Shown here: positions 56,503-64,000 of the stretch, piece by piece
How the letters are laid out: the number at the start of each line of letters is the position of its first letter
Position numbering within the stretch: position 1 is the stretch's first letter
NCBI GenBank assembly: GCA_965240325.2
Contig: OZ251237.1
Location: 620,001 to 684,000 of the forward strand
Source of the DNA: Rebecca billardiae RCC1528
Lineage: Eukaryota > Protista > Haptophyta
Direction: 5' to 3'
DNA length: 64,000 nt
The notes under the pieces: model-generated
Told to the model about the DNA's origin: nothing
The model's input: only the letters and a program-made list of their open reading frames with translations
The model's database searches: none
Position numbers and translations under genes: made by a program

Positions 56503-57140
56503 CTAGGCAAACCGCCCTTGCACCCACCTATCTTTCGGGTGCGGCTGGCGCAGCTGCGTAGTCATCACGGTCTGCCTGCTCAGAGGCGCGTGCGTGTCGG
56601 CGATACCCAGCGGCGCCGGGGCGCGGGTGAGCGCCACGAAGCCCCCGCCGACGCCGTCGTCGACGGTCGTGAAGAGCCGCGCGTGCGCCTCGAGCCAGCG
56701 CGTGAGCCCGCGCCTCTGGTGCAGCCCCAGCTGCTCTCGAAGCGCTGGACGGCGAGGCGCGCACGCACAGGCAAGGGCGGCGCGTGCGCGCGCGCGTGCG
56801 TGAGCGCCCCGCGCGGCGCGTGGGCAACGGCCGCTCGCGCGCGGGTGGCAGCGCACCGGGTGCGAGCGGCGGCAGGCTGCTCCACAGCATCGCGAGTCGT
56901 ACAGTCCCGTCCGGTGCGCCGTTGAGTGCGGCGCTGAGCGCCACGACCATGTCAGCCTCGCTGTACAGCACACGGGCCGACGGCGGCGGGCCGCCGCCGC
57001 TCCCGACGAGCGGCGGCGGCGCGTGCGAGAGCGAGTGCGCGAAGGGGAGCGGCGCCGGCCTCGCGCTGGCGGAGTAGCCACCCGCGGCGCATGCCGCATG
57101 CGCGCCTCGCGCCGGGCCGGCCATCGCCACTGGGAGCGGC

Positions 57141-57172
<32 letters not shown>

Positions 57173-58338
57173 AGGCGTCATCATGGGACCCCCTCGGCCG
57201 CCGGCCGCGCGCCCGCTGCGCCCGCGCCCGGCCTGCACCGTCGGCGGCGCGTGCGCGGCTGTTCGCATGGCCAGCCGGCGCGGGCGCCCGCCGAGCACGA
57301 CGAGCTGCTGCGGCGCGAGGCGCACGCACAGCTCGATCAGCGAGCCCGCCTCGAGCACGTCCGTGTTGAGCGCGGGCAGCAGCGGCGGCAGCGCCCGGAG
57401 TAATTCTTCCTCGGAGAGGCCCGGAGGCGAGTTCATCCCGACAATGTCGAGCGTGCTCCGCGCGAGCTCCGCGTGCGTGCGCAGCACGGCGGCCACGGTG
57501 TGCGGCGTGTGCACGTGCGCGCCGGCCACCGCGGCCGCCGGCGGGTGGCGCACGCCGTGCGCCGCGCCGGCGGTCGGCGGCTGAGGATATGACAAGTGTT
57601 CGTGCGCGCGCGCCGCTGCCACCGTCACTTGCCGGCCGCCACCGCCGCCGCCGCGCGCCGCCCAGTCCGCTGGCTCGACGCCACCGACGCCGTTGTGCCT
57701 GCCCTCGTGCTGCTGCTCGCGCGCGTGCGCGAGCGCCCGGCGGCGGATGAAGTGCTCCTCCCGCGTGCCCACCGCCTGCCAGTGCGCCAGCCGCCAGACG
57801 TACACGAGAGGGCCAATCGTGCCGTCCTGCCTGCGCGCACCGGACTTGTCGTTCTCGACGTGGAACTTGTCGCGGTGGCCGAGCAGGTACGCGAAGAGGC
57901 GCTTCGAGTTGAGCGTGCGCCGGTGCTGCAGCGCGCTCTGCACGGCCGTCTTGAGCTGCGGGATCGAGCGCGGCCCGTCCTCGAGCAGACGCAGCAGCAG
58001 CGGCAGCAGCACGGGGTCAGTCAGCCTAGGGTCCCACGGCTGCGTGCGCCGCTTGTCAGTCAGCTCGAGCGCGAGCCGCTCCGCGAGCGTCTCACGCCGG
58101 CGCTGCGGCGCGGCGCCGACGCCCACAGGCTGCGCAGGCAGCGCGCCCTTCAACGCGCCCTGCGCCGCGTCGCCCTGCGCGCCGCCGCCGGGCGCGCTGA
58201 GGCGCGACGCAGCCAGGCAGGCGCTCCAGGCTGCCTCGATCTCGTCGCCATGCGCCTCGGGCGCGCGCGGCGCGCCGGGCTCCGCGCTGGCCGCGCCGCC
58301 CTCGAGCATGTAGGCCATCTCATCGTACTCCAGCTCGC

Positions 58339-58375
<37 letters not shown>

Positions 58376-59158
58376 CTGGTCGTCGTCGTCGTCACCCACA
58401 CTGCTGTTGCCAACGTCATCGTCGTCAGCCGCCGCCGCGGTCGGTGGCATGCCGACGGGTCGCCTCGTCAACGGCGAGCCGCCGGCGCCGCCGTTCTGCG
58501 CGGTTGGTTCGGGCACAGCGCCGCCGACGACGCCGCCGTGAGATGGGGTGTGCCCGTTCGGGTCGGGCTGCGGCGCCGTGTGCTGCGCGCCTCTGTCAGC
58601 GCCGCACGCTTCGGCGGTGGGCGCGTGCGGGCGTGCGCTTGTCGTGCTCACGTGCTCTGTCATCATGAGCGTGCTCGTTCCGTTCATCGAGAAGCTCGAC
58701 GGCGCGGAGTCTGCGCTCAGGTAGGCAGGGAACGAGGCGGCGTGCCCAAGTCCCGGTGGGTGCGCGCCGCCGCCACCGCCGCACGCGCCGCTGTTGGCAG
58801 TTGGCGAGGAGGCGACATGGCCAGACTCCGCTGGCGGAGAGGCCCCGGCGCCGGCCACGCCAGGCGAGGTGGAGGCGGCGCGGCAGACCCCAGGCGGCCG
58901 GCTGATCGCCGCAGGGCCCACTGGGCTCATCCCACCCATGGGCGAGACGGTGCCCCCCGGCGTCGTGGGCGAGCGTGACCAGGTCGAGTCTCCATGCAGC
59001 ACGGGCGGGTGCGCGCCTGCATGGAGCAGCAACGGCTTGATTCCGGGTGGTTCGGCGCACGGGGGCGTGGCATGGTCGTCCTCGGCGTCCAGGTTGAGCG
59101 TGCGCATGGTCAGACCGGATAGGCGGTCATCGTCGACGCCGTCGTGGTGGGGCTCCAT
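56503..59158 (-). CDS. Largely disordered protein with about three small winged-helix/LOTUS-like domains
   Basis: Long ORF plus intron 56745-56856. Globular islands LLLRLLEDGPRSIPQLKTAV..RLFAYLLGHRDKFHV, GLSEEELLRALP..GSLIELCVRL, and GTVRLAMLWSSLP..GLTRWLEAHARLF. Confidence 0.65.
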
Positions 59159-59508
59159 GCCGTGCACGAGGACGGCTGATGATGAGTTGCCCGAGCGGGC
59201 CCGGTATTATTCCGGACTGCCGGACCACGCCCCCGCGCTGGCCAACGCGGATATCGGTTGGCCAGAGGAGGCTTCGGCCGCCAGTCTGATCACCCGGAGC
59301 CCGTTATAAAGGGGAATTTTAAAAGATGACGAGCCTCATTGTAGCTCTCACACAGGCCATTTTCTCCTCAATTCGTGAGCTGATCGCACCATGACTGTAT
59401 TCATTATCGGGGTACGGCCGGTAGGTACACACGACGGTCGCCTACCGCCTGAAACTCATCGACAAAGATTCCTGTCAGCTGCGCGCAATAATACCCCGCG
59501 AGGTCGTA

Positions 59509-62500
59509 ATGCAGCCTGAAACAAGTGGGCCGGTGGGAATGTCGTCCCACGAGGAGCGTCAGCTCCTCGCGGGCGCGGCTGCAGGCACTCGCGCCGATGA
59601 CGCGCGACATCCGGGCGGGGTCGACCACCTTTTGGCGCACGCCAACCTGCTCAAGGTGCTCGAGAGCGAGTTCGGGCACGACCTCTCCTCCGCTGAGCTC
59701 GACCAGGTGGCCACGCGGCTTGCGCGCGTCTCGACCGAATGCCTCTTCGAGCCCGGCACGTGCATCGAGCGCGAGGGCCAGGAGATCGAGAGGGTGGTGT
59801 TCCTTGACAAGGGGCACATCGAGATTCTCGTCAACGACAAGGTCGTCACTGCGATGCAGGCGCCGTGCATCGTCGGCGAGGGCGCGCTGCAGGTGCTCGG
59901 CGCGGAGAGCTCGGAGCCGCAACTGCCGGCGCACCTCGTGGCGACCGCGCGCGCGGCCGCGAGCGTGTGCACGGTGAGCAACGCGAGGGGCCACGTCGTC
60001 CCCGCCGCGGCGGTATTGAGCGCGGTCCGCGCCAACGAGGCCGTGGAACGCTACTTCCGCGCGCGCATGCGGCAGATGTACATGCGATTCCTCCTCAGGT
60101 GCAAGCGCGCCCTGGCCCTCGCGCACTCTCGCGCTTGCGTCGCCGGCCGCCGGCCGCCGGCCGCCCTCGACCCTCGCGCGCGGCGGTGCTCACGGCCGCG
60201 CCTCCGCAACGCGACCCCGCCCGCCCGCCGCGTCGCAGGAGCATCACCGGCGTCAACTTTGTCGAGGAGGGCCTGCACGAGCAGCTGTGGCGGCGGCTGC
60301 GGCACCGCTCGCATCAGCCTGGGGGCGAGCTGCTGCCGCGCGACGCGCGCGAGCCGAGCATACACTTCCTGGTGCACGGCCGCGCGCAGCAGACGCGCTC
60401 GGACGGCGGCGCGGACGACGGCGCGGCGCCGGCGCGCCCGCTGGAAGCGCCCGCGTTCTTTGGCGAGGAGGGCCTCCGCGACAGCCCGCCGCCGCAGACG
60501 GCCGCCGTGGTTGCCGCCTCGGAGTGCGACGTGCTCTCGCTCTCGCGCCGAGATTTCGACGAGATCGTGGAGGCGTTCCCGCACTTTAAGGCGCCGCTCC
60601 AGCGGCTGACGCGCGAGTGGCGCGACACGTCGGACGCCGAGCAGCAGGCGCGGCTCTTCGCGCGCTTCTGCCCCTCCGTCGTGCTGCAGCGGCTGCTGCT
60701 GCCGCGGCCGCTCCGGTCAGCGGAGATGAGCCGCTTCCGCGGAGCCGTCGGCTTCATCGACATCTCGGGATTCACCAAGCTGTCGATGCTGCTGCGCGAG
60801 CAGCAGGGCCAGCGCGGCGCGGAGAGCCTGAACCAGATCGTGAACGCGTACATGGCCGCGCTGATCGGCCGCATCCAGGAGAGCGGCGGCGACACGATCA
60901 AGTTTGCGGGCGATGCGATCCTTGTGGTGTGGGGCGCCAACCAGCAGAACGGTTGGGAAGGCACGGAGTACGCGGGCGGCGGGCGGGCGGTGAAGGCGGA
61001 GCACGAGCTGCTGCTCGACGCGGTGGAGTGCTGCATCGAGCTCACCACCGTGTACAACGACTACGCCACCGTCTTCCCCGAGCACACGCTCAAGCTGCAC
61101 GCCGGCCTCGCCTCGGGCGAGATTTCGTCATTCTTCGTCGGCGGTTATTCGGGCACGTGGGAGTACCTGGTCGCCGGCCCGCCGATCGACGAGATGGCGG
61201 AGGCGGCGAACGAGGCCAAGTCGGGGGAGCTCTTCGTCGCGGCGCCGTCGGTGCGGCTGCTCATGGAGACGTACCCGCGCCGCGTCTGCCTCGGCCGCAC
61301 CTCGGACGCCGTGGACGCGTCGGGCGCGCCGCTCTCCTTTCAGCTGGCAGAGCTCAAGGTGGAGCCGACCGAGCCGCAGCCGCTCGTGATGGTCGGCGCG
61401 GGCCTCGCGCTCACGCCGGAGTGCGGCGCGGCGATGAAGAGCTTCGTGCTGCCCTTCGTGCAGCGCCGCGTGCTCTCGGGGCAGACCTCCTCCTGGATGT
61501 CCGAGTTCCGCGCCACCACGATGCTGTTCATCAAGATCGACGGCCTCGACTATACCAACCCCGCGGCGGCGCACGAGCGGCTGCAGACGGTCGTGTGGAC
61601 GGTGCAGATGTTCGTCTCGCGGTACGAGGGGACGGTGCTGCGGCTGATCGTGGACGACAAGGGGACGCGCTTCAAGCTCGCCTTCGGGCTGACCAGCCAC
61701 GAGGACGACGCCGGCCGGGCAGTCATGATGGCATGCAAATTCGAGGAGCACCTCCGGCAGCTCTCTCACGGCCGGATCACGGCGGCCGTCGGCATCACGA
61801 CCGGGGTCGCCTTCCTGGGCGACGTGGGCTGCGAGACGCGGTGCGAGTACACGACGACGGGCGCGCACGTGAACATGGCCGCGCGGCTCATGTCCCACGC
61901 CGCGACGCCCGGCGCGGCCGGCCGAGTGCTCGTCGACGAGGAGACGATGAAGCGGGCCGCGGCCGAGAACTCGGCGCTCGACTTCCGCGCGGCGCCGAGA
62001 TTGAATCTCAAGGGGATCTCGTACCCGGTGCCGAACTACGTGCCGCTGGTGCGCGAGACGGCGGACGCGGTGATCGGCACCGAGCGCGCGCCGACGATCG
62101 TCGGGCAGGAGGCGCTGCTGCGCGGAGTGAACGAGCACCTCGATGCGGCCGGCCGCGTGTGCGTGCTCACCGGGCCGCAGGGCGCGGGCAAAACCACGGT
62201 GCTGCGCGACGTGTGCACGAGGCTGCAGGCGTCGGGCGCGCGCCGCGCCATGTACATCCCCCTCGACCCGCTCTCGGACCGGCCGCTGCACGTGTGGCAG
62301 GTGGTGTTCCAGCGGCTGCTCGAGGACGCGAAGGCGGCGGCGCTGCTCGCCGATCTGCGCACGCTCGCGGCACAGGCTGAGGCCGAGAGCAGCAACCCGC
62401 CGCCGGCCGAGTCAGCGCCGCAGCCGCTGCCGCAGGGGCTGGCGCTGCCCCAGGGGCCGCAGCTCACGCTGGCGGCCGCTGATGCTGCGGACGACTCGGG

Positions 62501-64000
62501 CTCGGGCGTGACCGCAGGCACGGGCTCGGGCTCCGGCGCAGGCCTCGGCATGGGCGCAGGCCGCATCGCACGCCGCCGCGCCAGCGCCACCGCGCGTGTC
62601 GCACCAAGCACCGGCCACGCCGCGCGGCGCCGCTCCCGCATGCTGAGTGGGCTGGCGGGCGGGCGCGGCGCTTCGCAGCTGGTGGAGGAGCCGGCGGCCG
62701 AGGTGTCTCAGCAGCTCGCCATGCTGAGGCGGGCCCGGCAGGAGAGCCGCACCTTGGCGGACGCGTCGACCGGCGCGCGCACGGGCCCTGAGGGGACCCA
62801 GGCAGACGACAGGCGTCACACGAGGCTCGCGGCGCCGCCTGCGCTGCAGCCGGTGCCGAGCGCGAGCGTGCTCGTGGCGGGCGCCCCGGCGGACGAGCGC
62901 ACGGACGAGGGCGACGACGTGCACGCGTCGTTCACGTCACAGCTCGGCGGCAGCTCTCTGTCGGGGTCTGGGTCCCCAAGGCGCGGCTCTGCCCAGCAGC
63001 CTGCCGCCTCCTCCTCAGGGCCCGCGCGGCAGCTCGCGCCGTTGGCCCCGCTGGCGCAGCGCCCACACTTTCGGCCGCGCTACTCCTCGCTCTTTGGCAC
63101 TGTGCTCGCGCCCGGCCAGGGGGCTCTGCCGCCAACTCAGCCAGGCTCACCGATGCGCTCGCCGCTGCGACGCCAGCGCTTCAACGCGGCCGTCGACCCA
63201 TCGCCGTCGCCGCTGCGGCATGAGCCGCGCTCGTCGCCAGGCTTGAGAGCGCGCGCGTGGGCGCGCGCGGCCGGCCCACTCGAGAGGATGAGCGAGGCAG
63301 CGTCGCACGGCTCGAGCCGCTGGAGCGCGAGCGCCTCGCCCGACGGCCCGTCCGGCCGGTTCCGGCTCTCGATCGGCACCGTTCACGCGGAGAGCACCGC
63401 CCCCGCGCGCGGCATCCATCGTGGCGGCCGGGGCAAGAGCACAGGGGACGCCTCCGATTCGGGCGCGACTGAGGCGAGCTCGGAGCTGGCTCGGGCGTCG
63501 GCCATGAGCGACGCCTTCTCGGTCGTGGGCGAGCTGCCTCGGGACTCGATCACCGACGAGCCCACGACGCGGCGCTGGGCCGAGCGTGTCGAACGTCGCG
63601 TCTCAGCCGACGGGCCCAGCCTGCCCAGCCTGGCCGCCTCTCCGCTGCTCGCACCCGTCGAGTCAGCGTTGACGCCGAATTCGATGGTGCCCTCGCCGGG
63701 CCGACCGGGCGACGGCGCATCTGACGCGCCCAGCCGGCTCGAGCTTGCGCGCTCCGGGCGGCCGAGTGACAAGAGCGGGGACGCGGCGCGCTCCGATCGG
63801 CCGAGTGACACGCGCTCGCGCACTGGGCGGCCGAGTGACGCACTCTCGCGCTCCGACCGGCCGAGTGACGCGCGCTCGCGCACTGGGCGGCCGAGTGACG
63901 CGCGCTCTGCTCGGCCAAGTGACGCCTGCTCGCGCACGACGCGCCCGAGCGGGGAGACTGAGCAGCCCGGCGGCGCAGGGCCGGGCGTGGGGCTGGGCGG
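59509..64000 (+). CDS. Soluble (ADCY10-type) adenylyl cyclase with two N-terminal cNMP-binding-fold domains and a P-loop NTPase; 3' end outside the window
   Basis: Intron 60099-60238, after which the frame appears to stay open to 64000 (not listed in the ORF track). C1 FIDISGFTKL, GAESL, IKFAGDAIL, LHAGL; C2 MSEFR, DDKG, HEDD, VGITTG, EYTTTGAHVNMAARLM, LKG; Walker A GPQGAGKTT. CNB-like motifs EREGQ..KGHIEI..GEGAL and FFGEEGL..VVAASECDVLSLSRRDF. Confidence 0.92.
63750..63926 (+). repeat. ~30-bp coding tandem repeat encoding six RPSD motifs
   Basis: CGGCC(G/A)AGTGAC occurs six times, in frame with the cyclase. Confidence 0.9.

Overview
Very GC-rich eukaryotic nuclear DNA. It has short GC-rich GT-AG introns, bipartite signal+transit presequences and flagellar genes, so the host is most likely a flagellated alga with a complex plastid (a Pavlovophyceae-type haptophyte is my inference). 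About 21 intact genes are present, mostly in tight head-to-head pairs separated by AT-rich, microsatellite-bearing tail-to-tail spacers. Recognisable products: RING/RRM/C2H2 protein, C5orf34 homologue, primase small subunit, plastid pyruvate kinase lacking its C domain, At4g31530-like Rossmann protein, DBH/MOXD1-like Cu monooxygenase, PKA-like kinase, JMJD5, CFAP298, membrane hybrid histidine kinase, OPA3, EngB/YihA, DapF, WDR54, a GAF+RWP-RK (NLP-like) factor, and a soluble adenylyl cyclase preceded by two cNMP-binding-fold domains that runs off the right edge. The intergenic DNA holds several non-autonomous DNA transposons. The most striking non-genic structure is at 21.7-23.6 kb: a TIR-bounded element carrying repeated palindromic sites (GAAGATACGC-TA-GCGTATCTTC), some empty and two split at the central TA by unrelated inserts. 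All exon/intron boundaries were read by eye, and homology calls come from motif recognition, not database searches.
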